NCBI GenBank assembly: GCA_964403205.1
Contig: CAYOER010000002.1
Span: forward strand, 4,259 to 68,258
DNA from: an uncultured Candidatus Saccharibacteria bacterium
GTDB taxonomy: Bacteria; Patescibacteriota; Minisyncoccia; Phycocordibacterales; PALSA-1337
Reading direction: 5' to 3'
DNA: 64,000 nt
The translations under genes were made by a program, and so were the position numbers. Within the stretch, counting starts at the first letter, position 1; every line of letters begins with the position of its first letter. The notes below the pieces were generated by a model. The model saw only the letters and a program-made list of their open reading frames with translations, was not told the origin of the DNA and did not search any database. Positions 48,573 to 58,656 of the stretch are shown here, in pieces.

Positions 48573-48586
48573 TACAATATTATATT

Positions 48587-49189
48587 ATGAAAAAAACATT
48601 AACTATTATTTTTATTATTTTACTTATAGCGACTTTTGGTATTGTCTGGAAATTTTCAAAAAATGAAGTACAGAAACCTATTATAAGCAGTGATGAACTA
48701 GATAAAACAGATTTGATTCAATTAGACTCTCCCCGTCCTAATCAGATCATCACAAGTCCACTAATTATAAAGGGTAAGGCAAGAGGAACTTGGTTCTTCG
48801 AAGCTAGTTTCCCAATAGACCTAGTGGATTGGGATGGTAGGATAATAGCCCAAGGTATAGCTTCAGCGAAAAGTGATTGGATGACAGAAGACTTCGTCCC
48901 ATTTGAAGCAAGTCTGGATTTTACAATTGATAAAGATGTATACAGTTATAGAGGAGCACTCATTCTTCATAGAGATAATCCTTCTGGTCTACCAGAGAAT
49001 GATGACGCATTGGAGATTCCAATAGAATTTGCCAAGATCATTACATCCCCCACGATGTGCACAGCAGATGCGAAACTCTGTCCCGATGGATCCGCAGTAG
49101 GTCGTATCGGTCCCAACTGTGAGTTCGCACAGTGTCCAAACACCGACAATGGAGGAGGTGGATCAGGAATTGTACCCTTTAAATATTGA
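48587..49189 (+). CDS. Gmad2 Ig-like domain protein with Cys-rich motif
   Basis: ITSPLIIKGKARGTWFFEASFP...DNPSGLPEN; CTADAKLCPDGSAVGRIGPNCEFAQCP. Confidence 0.75.
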   Translation: MKKTLTIIFIILLIATFGIVWKFSKNEVQKPIISSDELDKTDLIQLDSPRPNQIITSPLIIKGKARGTWFFEASFPIDLVDWDGRIIAQGIASAKSDWMTEDFVPFEASLDFTIDKDVYSYRGALILHRDNPSGLPENDDALEIPIEFAKIITSPTMCTADAKLCPDGSAVGRIGPNCEFAQCPNTDNGGGGSGIVPFKY

Positions 49190-49274
49190 TTTGTCTTGTG
49201 ATACAGGGATTAGATAATTATATTTTAGATACACTTATTTATTAGAACTTTCATATGATAAATGATATTATATT

Positions 49275-50033
49275 ATGATGAAGAAAATAATTATTTTTGT
49301 TTCAGTTTTAATAATTTTAGTTGCGAGTTATTTATTTTTTAAACAAAATAAATCTATTGGTGGTAATTTTGGTTTAAGTGGTTGTGTAATTGAAGAGAAT
49401 CGTGGAGAAACAGTACCTGTTGACATTGCTCAAGCCGTTGCTCAAAGAAATGTTATTAACAATAACAAACCATATAATTGGGTGCCAGTTGGTTACTATC
49501 CCGTTTATAATAGCTCTGATTCAATTAATTATTATGCATTTGTTTTTAGAAAATCTGATTATTCAAAATTCACGACGTTGGATAGTTTAGAGCAAAATGC
49601 TAGTAATTATTCTGACGGCGATAATAAATACCAATTTAATGATATAGCTTCTGTCTGGACAGGAGCATCTAACGGACAGAAATTGCTAATGCGTCATTAT
49701 CGCGGTATTCCAGAAATTGTTGCTGAAAAGATGAAAATCAAGAATTTTATCAATGATAAGTACCAAGATAAAACTATTGGTAATATTATTGCTGATTCTG
49801 AAGCTGGTAAGATGTATTTTGATATTGTTAATAAATCAGGTGGTAAATCGACTGGTAATATTATAGGTCTTGATTATTCAATAGTTTCAAAGAAAGAGCT
49901 AATTAATAATCAGGAGAAAATAGAAGAAAAACGATATGCTGGTTTAAGTGGTGATAGATGCGACAAAATGAAACGAGCTATACTAGAAAGAGACACTGAT
50001 TTTATGAGACAGTGGAGTGAAGCTGGTAATTAA
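49275..50033 (+). CDS. Secreted/membrane-anchored hypothetical protein
   Basis: N-terminal hydrophobic helix. Confidence 0.65.
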   Translation: MMKKIIIFVSVLIILVASYLFFKQNKSIGGNFGLSGCVIEENRGETVPVDIAQAVAQRNVINNNKPYNWVPVGYYPVYNSSDSINYYAFVFRKSDYSKFTTLDSLEQNASNYSDGDNKYQFNDIASVWTGASNGQKLLMRHYRGIPEIVAEKMKIKNFINDKYQDKTIGNIIADSEAGKMYFDIVNKSGGKSTGNIIGLDYSIVSKKELINNQEKIEEKRYAGLSGDRCDKMKRAILERDTDFMRQWSEAGN

Positions 50034-50054
50034 AATAGATAATACTCCGTTTAT

Positions 50055-50205
50055 GCTATACTAAAACCATGCAAAGAATAGCTACACGCGTATTTATATA
50101 TTCATCAATCGCCTTTGGTATTATCGGACTGCTTATTGTTTTTACGAGTTCTGGACCGGACCATATGTCATTTTGAGATTCCAATAAAATTTGCCAGATC
50201 ACCAC
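50055..50205 (+). pseudogene. Deleted duplicate of the 48366 and 48587 genes
   Basis: MQRIATRVFIYSSIAFGIIGLLIVFTSSGPDHM is joined to gagattccaataaaatttgcc, which matches ~49013-49034. Confidence 0.75.
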
Positions 50206-50305
50206 TGTAATAAATCACTAGCTAATACGGCAATATAATATGTCAAACTATAAATGACATTGAGTTGGTCTATTTTATTAACATTATAATCAAATAATAA
50301 AAATT

Positions 50306-50590
50306 ATGTCTTCATCATTATTCAAAGCTGATATTTTTTTCTTCATATCTTCTATAGCAACGATCGTATTTACAATCTTGACTTCTATTCTATTGATATA
50401 TCTCATCAAAGCTGGGAGAAATCTATACAAACTTTCAGAAACTCTGAAGAGTAGCTATAGCGATTCGGAAGAATTCATCGGAGAACTCAAGGAACGTCTA
50501 GAAAACAATATGGTATTCCGAATGTTCTTTCCTCCCCTCCGCAAAAGACGAATATCAAAATCAAATGATGATAGTACAAAAAATAATTAA
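50306..50590 (+). CDS. Small membrane protein
   Basis: ADIFFFISSIA TM start followed by a helical tail. Confidence 0.6.
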   Translation: MSSSLFKADIFFFISSIATIVFTILTSILLIYLIKAGRNLYKLSETLKSSYSDSEEFIGELKERLENNMVFRMFFPPLRKRRISKSNDDSTKNN

Positions 50591-50616
50591 TTATTAGCAT
50601 TTAATAACAAAAGTAA

Positions 50617-50958
50617 ATGAAAAATAAAATAATAAAAAAGAGCTCTGGCACAGCAAAATATGTTGCAATCGGTGCTAGCATCGCTGGTATAGCGGCTGCA
50701 TATTTCTTCCTCGGCCCAAAAGGTAAAATAAATCAGAGAAAGACAAAGGCTTGGGCGATAAAAATGAAAGCAGATGTTGTAGAGAAACTCGAAGAAGTTC
50801 GTGATATGAGCGAACCTGTATATCATCAGATCATTGACACTATAGCAAAGGAATATGAGGAGAAGAAAAAAGTTGGCCGTGAAGAAATCCAATCATTGGC
50901 GATGGATTTGAAAAAACATTGGAAGACGATCAGTAAAGAGATTGGGATTGGGAAGTAA
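50617..50958 (+). CDS. YtxH-like protein
   Basis: GASIAGIAAAYFFLGPKGK followed by a charged helical region. Confidence 0.55.
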   Translation: MKNKIIKKSSGTAKYVAIGASIAGIAAAYFFLGPKGKINQRKTKAWAIKMKADVVEKLEEVRDMSEPVYHQIIDTIAKEYEEKKKVGREEIQSLAMDLKKHWKTISKEIGIGK

Positions 50959-50979
50959 TATAGGATATAATTTATCCTT

Positions 50980-51924
50980 ATGAAATCATACAGAATAAAT
51001 TCGTTTAATAGCATATTAATCATATTATTAATACTCGGCTTTGGTTATTATTATGAAAAAGCAGAAATTGATTATGCTTTTTCATCATTATTAAATAAAA
51101 TACAACCTTGTAAAAGACCAATAACATATTCTATTGGAGAACTAGATACACGTTTCGGTCTAACAGAAACAGAAGTATTAAATGAAATAAAAAAGGCAGA
51201 AAAAATATGGGAATCTTCAATTGATAAACAATTATTCGAATATTCACCTACAGGAAAATTGAAGATAAACTTTATTTATGATTATAGACAGAGAGCGACA
51301 AATGCTATGGAAGATGTGGGTATAGTGATCGATGATAATAAATCTAATTATGATGTATTGAAAGCAAAACGTGATTCACTTATCATTTCATATAATAAAG
51401 AGAAAGCAAAAATTGAGTCTTTAATAAAAGATTATACTGCAAATAAAAGTATTTATGAGAAAAGCGTTAGTAATTGGAATAATCAAAAAAGAGGGAGTGA
51501 AGAACAATATAATATATTGGAAAAAGAAAGAATTGCTTTGAATAATAAGGCTAAAGCGATAACAGAAGCAGAGAGATCTATTAATCAATTAGCTGAAGCA
51601 ATAAATTCAACTGGAATAATTCTCAATAAATTAATTGTCACATTGAATCTTAATGTAGAAAAATACAATACAATAGGAGCGAGTACAGGTGAGAAATTCG
51701 ACGAAGGAGAATATATAAGCGACTCCAGTGGAGCAACAATTAATATTTTCCAATACGATAGTGCCAATAGACTCTTGAGAGTTCTGGCTCATGAATTTGG
51801 ACATGCACTCGGGCTAGGACATATAGATAATACAAAAGCTATAATGTATTATCTGAATGAGGGTATGAATGATGAATTGACAATAGATGATATAAATGCC
51901 CTAAAAGAGGTGTGTAAAATATAA
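50980..51924 (+). CDS. Matrixin-family zinc metalloprotease with coiled-coil insertion
   Basis: HEFGHALGLGH and Met-turn AIMY. Confidence 0.88.
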   Translation: MKSYRINSFNSILIILLILGFGYYYEKAEIDYAFSSLLNKIQPCKRPITYSIGELDTRFGLTETEVLNEIKKAEKIWESSIDKQLFEYSPTGKLKINFIYDYRQRATNAMEDVGIVIDDNKSNYDVLKAKRDSLIISYNKEKAKIESLIKDYTANKSIYEKSVSNWNNQKRGSEEQYNILEKERIALNNKAKAITEAERSINQLAEAINSTGIILNKLIVTLNLNVEKYNTIGASTGEKFDEGEYISDSSGATINIFQYDSANRLLRVLAHEFGHALGLGHIDNTKAIMYYLNEGMNDELTIDDINALKEVCKI

Positions 51925-52064
51925 TAGATAAATATCTTTATAAATAAGTAATTACATGATCATTGACACAGGCAATAAACTGTGATATCTTCTAATAAAT
52001 AGCACAGAGTAGGAATCAGTAGACCTGCTCAGAAAACAAAAAACAATCAAAAAGAAGACTGATT

Positions 52065-52823
52065 ATGTATAATCAAAAGTTAGCTTTTGTAACCGGTGCA
52101 ACATCTGGTATCGGCAGAGCAATAGTCATCGAACTGATTCAGATGGACTATCATGTTGTAGCAATAGGTAGAGACGATAACCGGTTGAGAGAATTGAAGG
52201 AGATGTTTCGACCAGAAGTCATCGCTACCATCAAGGTTGATGTATGCGACTTTGAAACTCTCGATAAGATTATCAGGGCACAGAATATCTACTTTGATCT
52301 AGTTGTCCATTCGGCCGGTATTCTAAGAATCGGGTCACTGGATAATACTACAAGAGAAGATGCATGGATCTGCATGGAGACGAATTATCATGGTACTGTA
52401 AATGTTATAACAGCTCTGCGACATCATATCAAGACTGGAGGACATATTGCAGTTGTGAGTTCAATCGGATGTTTGACTGTTCTTCCTGGAGGCTTCGCCT
52501 CTTATGCATCCTCAAAAAGTGCAATCGCAACTTTCTGTGAGCATATCCGAGATGAACTCAGGATGAAAGGCATTCGTCTCACTGTAGTCTATCCATCGAT
52601 TATCGCTACACCAATGATCAAAAACATTGAAAGTACTTTGCCACCTGTCTACAGAGCCTTCGGATGGCACAGTGCTGAACATGAAGCAAGGCAGATCATT
52701 AGTGACACTTTGAGAGGAAGGAAGACCTCCTTTACAACCTTCTCTGATCGTCTACTGTCTATGATTGCCAATTTGGCACCGAGAACATTCAGAGGGATCC
52801 TGACTTGGTGGATTAACCGATAG
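52065..52823 (+). CDS. SDR-family oxidoreductase
   Basis: TGATSGIG, SAG, YASSK. Confidence 0.92.
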   Translation: MYNQKLAFVTGATSGIGRAIVIELIQMDYHVVAIGRDDNRLRELKEMFRPEVIATIKVDVCDFETLDKIIRAQNIYFDLVVHSAGILRIGSLDNTTREDAWICMETNYHGTVNVITALRHHIKTGGHIAVVSSIGCLTVLPGGFASYASSKSAIATFCEHIRDELRMKGIRLTVVYPSIIATPMIKNIESTLPPVYRAFGWHSAEHEARQIISDTLRGRKTSFTTFSDRLLSMIANLAPRTFRGILTWWINR

Positions 52824-52833
52824 CGATTAGTAA

Positions 52834-52884
52834 CCTGCCCGAACATGAACCCCCCAGCCTCACATTCGCTGGCGGGTTTTTTTT
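52834..52884 (+). terminator. Repeated terminator family, copy 4
   Basis: cctgcccgaac...attcgctggcggg-tttttttt. Confidence 0.7.
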
Positions 52885-52969
52885 ATATTAAATTACTCAT
52901 ATTTATTTCCTTGTCTTTCTCCATATTTTGCAGTAATATTCAAATCAGAACAAGAGAAAGAACCTGACT

Positions 52970-53449
52970 ATGAAAAACCGAATGGTTAATGCAGTAGCGG
53001 TTTATTTGATTTTACGACGTCTTGACGGTGATATTCTGATTATGAGACGTTTCAATACAGGTTATATGGATGGTATGTATCATCCATGTTCTGGACATGT
53101 CGAAATGAGAGAACTTCCAACCGAAGCCATGATCCGTGAAGCCAAAGAAGAAATCGGAATTGTACTTAAAAGAGAAGATCTCGCGCTCATTCATATATCT
53201 GCTCGTCCTAAGCATGATGAGACAGGTAATCGTATCGATATGTTCTATCTAGCCACACGCTGGCGAGGAAGACCAAAAATCATGGAGTCAGATAAATGTG
53301 ACGATATGAGATGGTCGTCACCTGATAATTTACCAGAGAATTTTGTCCCTCATATGGCACATTGTATTGCATTGAGTAGAAATGGGATACTATGTTCAGA
53401 GTTTGATCTGACATGGATTAAATCTCATACTGTTTACGAGATCAAGTAA
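52970..53449 (+). CDS. NUDIX hydrolase
   Basis: SGHVEMRELPTEAMIREAKEEIGI Nudix box; RRFNTGYMDG. Confidence 0.88.
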   Translation: MKNRMVNAVAVYLILRRLDGDILIMRRFNTGYMDGMYHPCSGHVEMRELPTEAMIREAKEEIGIVLKREDLALIHISARPKHDETGNRIDMFYLATRWRGRPKIMESDKCDDMRWSSPDNLPENFVPHMAHCIALSRNGILCSEFDLTWIKSHTVYEIK

Positions 53450-53462
53450 ACACCAGCAGATA

Positions 53463-53513
53463 CCCACCCCAAACTCGAAAGCCCACTAGCCCATAGTCCG
53501 CTGGCGGGTTTTT
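53463..53513 (+). terminator. Repeated terminator family, copy 5 (diverged)
   Basis: ...gtccgctggcggg-ttttt. Confidence 0.6.
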
Positions 53514-53621
53514 CTTTTATTCAAATTAGACTTCTATAATTCCCTCGCTGTTCTTGATTTTTACCCATAAAGTATGTAATATCATAAAAGAACAGAAACA
53601 AAGTCAAGGAAAGGTAAAACC

Positions 53622-54200
53622 ATGACACCATTCGTTAGATTACAAACTGCAATCATTAGCATTCTCTTCAAGCTACATAGATATCATCCTGAAGAATTAA
53701 AAAGGCTTGCAAGTGTATACTGTGAGCAAAATCCAAAAGATCTCCATATAACAGATTGGGCATTGTTATATTATCATGGAATCTTGCCATATAGTGCAAA
53801 TGATTGGCCAGAAACTGGATCATTCTTAAAGATATGCGGAGAAATCCTGCATGATCAGATCGATAATACGAGTGAAAATGGAATCACCATCAGGAATCTA
53901 CTCGGTACAGCATTGTCTAACACTTCCCCGATAGACTACAAGACATTCATCTATGATCGTGGTAGTGGTAACAATCGATTGAGAACACACTACTTTTCTC
54001 AGCCACGAGTTCTCAAAAAAGGTGATGTGTTATCAACTGGTGACCGTCTATTATCACCACCTCGTGAAGGTGGAAATGGTTCAGTCCTTCTCCATCTGAC
54101 AGGTGGCATTGATGGACATTGGATATCAATACCGGCACGCTTACCTATCGCTCTTCTGGTCGAAGAACTTCATGCACCACCAAACTTAGTCGAGAAGTAA
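53622..54200 (+). CDS. Hypothetical protein
   Basis: 192 aa stand-alone ORF. Confidence 0.6.
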   Translation: MTPFVRLQTAIISILFKLHRYHPEELKRLASVYCEQNPKDLHITDWALLYYHGILPYSANDWPETGSFLKICGEILHDQIDNTSENGITIRNLLGTALSNTSPIDYKTFIYDRGSGNNRLRTHYFSQPRVLKKGDVLSTGDRLLSPPREGGNGSVLLHLTGGIDGHWISIPARLPIALLVEELHAPPNLVEK

Positions 54201-54220
54201 TACTTGATCAATTATCGACA

Positions 54221-54255
54221 AAAACCCCCAGCCTCACATTCGCTGGCGGGTTTTT
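54221..54255 (+). terminator. Repeated terminator family, copy 6
   Basis: aaaacccccagcctcacattcgctggcgggttttt; shares 30+ nt with copy 4. Confidence 0.7.
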
Positions 54256-54654
54256 CTTTTGTCTGATTCCCCTATTTCAAATTCAATTTGATTTTTATCT
54301 ATTTGACACATTATATATAAGGTGTTACTATATACGGTAGAAAACATCCACATCGGATCCTTATAAATACCCTCTTACAAGCATATCCCAAGATCAGACT
54401 CTTCACCTGAACCGGAATGCAAAAGTATTAGGGGTTGGACGACAACGGTCCTATATAAGGTAAAAAGTCTTATTGGAGGTACGAGCTATATATTATATCA
54501 GCGCTCTACACCTTTATAAGGTTACAGTTGTACACGCCCCTCGAGGACAATACGGTCCTCGGGGGTTTTCTATTACCCTACATATACCAAAAACACCGTA
54601 CAATTTTCATTGTACTGTGTCTCAGATCCGAGATAGTAATTTAATTAAAAATTA

Positions 54655-55074
54655 TTACCAGCCCAGAAGCCTCAACCAGCCATGTGATGAGAAATCAGCA
54701 TGCATAGCTATCTTGGTTACTGGTCCGAAATATCCTACTGCAGGTGTTACATTCCTTGCAGATTGATAGCTCGCTACTGCATTCTTGGTAAGCTGACCAT
54801 AATAGCCAAATGGTATACCAATAGGCACATTGAGATATCCTAATTCGGACATAAGTCCCTGAAGAACTACAACTCCTTGGCCAGTAGAACCTACTGTAAG
54901 ATTACTATCTACTAGAATATTAGGATATTCAGCAGCATTAACCTTTGAAGTTGGAACTAATAACATAGTCGCAAAAACGAATATGAGACTAGCCCCGACA
55001 ATAACACTAGTTGAAACTTTCAAAACATTTTTTATATTATTCATATATATTATATTAATTTTAATAATTATCAT
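54655..55074 (-). CDS. Peptidoglycan-binding-domain secreted protein
   Basis: LTVGSTGQGVVVLQ...GYYGQLTKNAVASYQ...GYFGPVT. Confidence 0.85.
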   Translation of the reverse strand: MIIIKINIIYMNNIKNVLKVSTSVIVGASLIFVFATMLLVPTSKVNAAEYPNILVDSNLTVGSTGQGVVVLQGLMSELGYLNVPIGIPFGYYGQLTKNAVASYQSARNVTPAVGYFGPVTKIAMHADFSSHGWLRLLGW

Positions 55075-55157
55075 TAATTGTTAATAGTACAAAGGCTCGA
55101 CCTAATATTTAACCCTCCATAATACTATGATGCCGTACAAGCAAGACAATTATTACA

Positions 55158-55739
55158 CTAAACTTTTTTCAAACTTTCAATATATAATTCAATCTTTCTT
55201 GTTCTCTCCTCTATTTCTGCTTCGAAAACTGTGACATGGCTACTCAGCTTCTCTGCAACTGCCATAACTTCTGTAACATCTTCCATAGCTAGAAGAATGA
55301 TCTCTGGAAAAGATTCTGATGAGGGATGACTTTTATTGAATCTAGAATATATTTGACGAGCATTCAATATAATAACTTTATGACCAATACCAGGAAAATC
55401 ATGATCAACTTCAAATCCTTTAAAGAAAGTATGTTTTGGTAAGATAGTTTCTAGAAGTTTACGTAAAGCAGGAATATCCCATTGACCATTTCCCAATTCA
55501 TATACAATCTTATCTTCTGTATCCCTGGCTTTAACCTGAAATGTTTGATAAAAAGGCTCATTTGCAGCCATAACACGGAAATCCTTATCTAGAATCAATA
55601 TAGGTTCCCGCATAACATCCACCACAGTCCTTATATATGTCCAGCTTTCCTCCCATAATTTCTTGAAGAAATCATTATCAACTGGATTGATTATATCCAG
55701 TATCTTCTTTTTGTTTTTATTTATTTTTTTCATAATCAT
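55158..55739 (-). CDS. Stand-alone PAS-domain protein
   Basis: VVDVMREPILILDKDFRVMAANEPFYQTF...YELGNGQWDIPALRKLLE (CheB/CheR-associated PAS type). Confidence 0.8.
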   Translation of the reverse strand: MIMKKINKNKKKILDIINPVDNDFFKKLWEESWTYIRTVVDVMREPILILDKDFRVMAANEPFYQTFQVKARDTEDKIVYELGNGQWDIPALRKLLETILPKHTFFKGFEVDHDFPGIGHKVIILNARQIYSRFNKSHPSSESFPEIILLAMEDVTEVMAVAEKLSSHVTVFEAEIEERTRKIELYIESLKKV

Positions 55740-55825
55740 ATAGCCGTTATATAGCTTAATCTATTACAATAGACAAGTGACTATAAATTATGGTATAATC
55801 AGCATTAAGTTAAATATTCTCTACT

Positions 55826-56359
55826 ATGAATAAAAAACAAATTATAAAGCAGAAAGCTATATTGACATTGGCACACAATGACTATAATAAAGGTCTTAAT
55901 CTACATGCTTTTTTCAAAATAAATGATCATGATACCGGTGAAGATCTAGTTCAAGAAACCTTTATGAAAACATGGAGATATCTAGTACGAGGTGGAAAAA
56001 TACATATTATAAAAGCTTTTCTATATCATATACTCAATAATCTTATTATAGATGAATATAGAAAACATAAAACTACTTCTCTAGAGACTCTAGCCGAGAA
56101 AGGATTCGATCCACATACTGATGATTCCGAATCAAAGAAAATCTCTAATATTTTAGATGGTAAATCTGCATTCCTATTGATTCATAAACTTCCAAAGATG
56201 TATAGAGAGATTATGCTAATGAAATTTGTTAAGGATCTATCTCTAAAAGAGATTTCTCTTATAACTGGGCAGACAAAAAATGCTATAACAGTGAAAGTAC
56301 ATCGTGGTCTAGCAAAACTAAGGATATTATATAGAGCCCCAGCGATTACTAGTATTTGA
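55826..56359 (+). CDS. ECF sigma factor
   Basis: EDLVQETFMKTW, FLYHILNNLIIDEYRK; region 4 LSLKEIS...VKVHRG. Confidence 0.9.
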   Translation: MNKKQIIKQKAILTLAHNDYNKGLNLHAFFKINDHDTGEDLVQETFMKTWRYLVRGGKIHIIKAFLYHILNNLIIDEYRKHKTTSLETLAEKGFDPHTDDSESKKISNILDGKSAFLLIHKLPKMYREIMLMKFVKDLSLKEISLITGQTKNAITVKVHRGLAKLRILYRAPAITSI

Positions 56360-56378
56360 TAAATTTCTAATATCTGAG

Positions 56379-56600
56379 ATGAGAGAAAAAATACAGAAAA
56401 TAATAGATAAAATAAGACCATATATACAGATGCATGGTGGTGATGTTTTCCTTATTGGTATAAGAGGCGGTACAGTTACCTTGAAAGTAACAGGGAGTTG
56501 TTCACATTGTTCTTTGAAAAATCTGACGTATAATAACATGTTGGGAAGTATACTCAGGCAGGAAATTCCTGAGATTAAAAAAATTATTATTAAGAGTTAA
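56379..56600 (+). CDS. NifU/NfuA-domain Fe-S carrier
   Basis: IRPYIQMHGGDV...GSCSHC. Confidence 0.9.
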   Translation: MREKIQKIIDKIRPYIQMHGGDVFLIGIRGGTVTLKVTGSCSHCSLKNLTYNNMLGSILRQEIPEIKKIIIKS

Positions 56601-56634
56601 TTGTGAATTATTTAATATAAAAAAATAAAATATT

Positions 56635-56895
56635 ATGGCAAATACAAAAGAATATGCGCGCAATAAAGAAGGTTCTAATATTGCAAAGATAGTGATAGAT
56701 AGAGATCTATGTATCAGTGCTGCTTCATGTATAGCGATAGCAGGTGCAACATATGCACTAGACAATGAAAATAAAGCAATAATAATAGATGCAAATGTAA
56801 TAGATGATCAGACACTTATGGCATCAGCAGAGTCTTGTCCAACAAAAGCAATATTTCTATTTGATAAAGAAGGAAAAAAACTATTTCCAAATTAA
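56635..56895 (+). CDS. Single-cluster ferredoxin
   Basis: CISAASC...AESCPTKAI ([3Fe-4S]-type spacing). Confidence 0.88.
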   Translation: MANTKEYARNKEGSNIAKIVIDRDLCISAASCIAIAGATYALDNENKAIIIDANVIDDQTLMASAESCPTKAIFLFDKEGKKLFPN

Positions 56896-56904
56896 TATAA
56901 ATAT

Positions 56905-58146
56905 ATGAATGAATCATATAAATATTTGATTATAGGTGGTGGTGCATCTGGAACTACAGCAGGAGAAACAATAAGACAGAAAGATCCCGAAGGAAGCATA
57001 GCTATAGTGAGCGATGAAGCTCATGCATTGTATTCACGTGTAATGCTATCAAAGCCGAACTTTTTCCTAGAAAAGATACCATTTGAACAGATATTCATGA
57101 AGGGTGATGAATGGTATAAGAAAAATAAAATTGCATTTTTAAATAATGAAACATCTATTAAACTAGATAAAGACAGTAGAACAATAACTCTAAAAAGTGG
57201 TAAGGAAATATCATATGAAAAGTTATTATTAGCGACTGGTGTCCGAGCAAGACCATGGAAAGTCTCTGGCAGTGATAAGAGGGGTATATATTCCCTACGA
57301 ACATTGGAAGATGGTAAAGCCATAATAGATGCAATAAAGACCGCGAAAAGTGCTGTAGTCATCGGTGGTGGCTTCATAGGGTTCGAAATGGCAGATCTTA
57401 TGAAATTGGCAGGACTAGAAACGACCATGCTATTACGTGAATCATATTTCTGGGAACCCACACTAGATAGAGCATCAGGTGAAATGATAGAAAATGCTTT
57501 AACTAAGGCGGGTATAAAGATAATAAAAAATGCTGAAGTAGCTGAAGTTATAGGTAATGATCATGTAGAAGAAGTAATATTGAAAGACGGTACAAAAATA
57601 AAATGTGAAATAGTAATAGCCGGAGTAGGAGTAGTACCTCCAGCCATGGACTGGCTCAAGGAAGCAGGTATAGATATAAAAAGTGGTATCCTAGCAAATG
57701 AGTATCTAGAAACAAATGCCCCACATATCTATACTGCCGGAGATATTGCAGAATATAAAGATCTAATTCTAGAAGAAAATATACAATTAGGAAACTGGGT
57801 GAATGCCCGTGAACAAGGACGTATAGCAGGACTCAATATGGTAGGGATAAAAACTCCTTTCAAATTCGTATCATTCTATACAACACAAGGCATGAATATA
57901 AATATTGCTTTTATCGGTGATGCTAGAGCATTACCAGATCGTATAATGATACAGCGTGGTTCTCCAGAAATAAACTCCTATGCACGTATACTCATAGTAG
58001 GTAAGGAGCTCGTAGGAGTGACTATGATAAACAGAACTTCAGAACTGACTCCCCTAGCCAAGATTATAGAAAAAAATATAGATGTTTCAGATAAATATAA
58101 AGAATTAGCAGATCCTAATTTCGATTTAAAAAATCTAATAATATAA
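56905..58146 (+). CDS. FAD-dependent NAD(P)H:ferredoxin/rubredoxin oxidoreductase-like protein
   Basis: GGGASG, LATG, VIGGGFIGFE, YTAGDIA. Confidence 0.88.
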   Translation: MNESYKYLIIGGGASGTTAGETIRQKDPEGSIAIVSDEAHALYSRVMLSKPNFFLEKIPFEQIFMKGDEWYKKNKIAFLNNETSIKLDKDSRTITLKSGKEISYEKLLLATGVRARPWKVSGSDKRGIYSLRTLEDGKAIIDAIKTAKSAVVIGGGFIGFEMADLMKLAGLETTMLLRESYFWEPTLDRASGEMIENALTKAGIKIIKNAEVAEVIGNDHVEEVILKDGTKIKCEIVIAGVGVVPPAMDWLKEAGIDIKSGILANEYLETNAPHIYTAGDIAEYKDLILEENIQLGNWVNAREQGRIAGLNMVGIKTPFKFVSFYTTQGMNINIAFIGDARALPDRIMIQRGSPEINSYARILIVGKELVGVTMINRTSELTPLAKIIEKNIDVSDKYKELADPNFDLKNLII

Positions 58147-58152
58147 TCAAAT

Positions 58153-58647
58153 ATGGAAAAAGTAGAAAAAATAAAATTAGGTTGGTTCTCCTATTCATGC
58201 TGTGAAGATAGTACAGTAGTTCTTACAGAGATTATGAACGATCATTGGCAAGAATGGAAAAAGATATTTGATTTCCGACATGTACGAGTATTGAAGTCAA
58301 AAAATATAATGGACGAATTTGACATAGCATGTATAGAAGGAGCTATAGCTTCTCCAGCACACGAAGAGGAAGTAAAGAAAATAAGAAGCATATCAAAAAG
58401 AGTAGTAGCTATAGGTGCTTGTGCTGTGATAGGGCTACCCGCAGGACAGAGGAATACCTTCACACCAGATCAGAAAGCTAGTATTGATTTCCTCATTACA
58501 CGTTTCGGCTCATTACCAATGGTGAAGAAATTATCAGAAGTTGTAAAAGTAGATGCAGAAGTACCAGGATGCCCTATGGATCCGAAAATGTTCCTAGAGA
58601 AAATCACAGCATTAGTAACAGAGTTTCAAAAAACTAAATTTAAATAA
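58153..58647 (+). CDS. [NiFe] hydrogenase small subunit, truncated (proximal cluster only)
   Basis: SCCEDS, IEGA, IGACA, VPGCP; no C-terminal Fe-S domain. Confidence 0.85.
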   Translation: MEKVEKIKLGWFSYSCCEDSTVVLTEIMNDHWQEWKKIFDFRHVRVLKSKNIMDEFDIACIEGAIASPAHEEEVKKIRSISKRVVAIGACAVIGLPAGQRNTFTPDQKASIDFLITRFGSLPMVKKLSEVVKVDAEVPGCPMDPKMFLEKITALVTEFQKTKFK

Positions 58648-58656
58648 ATAAAATAT

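Noticed and set aside
46547-54255. CRISPR array from the repeated hairpins
   Set aside because: Copies are separated by whole genes at irregular distances, and no cas genes are present.
54302-54570. Promoter-to-terminator unit and ORF 54473..54766
   Set aside because: Frames are broken by stops, and the called ORF crosses a terminator and the opposite gene. Probably a decayed gene; no supportable product.
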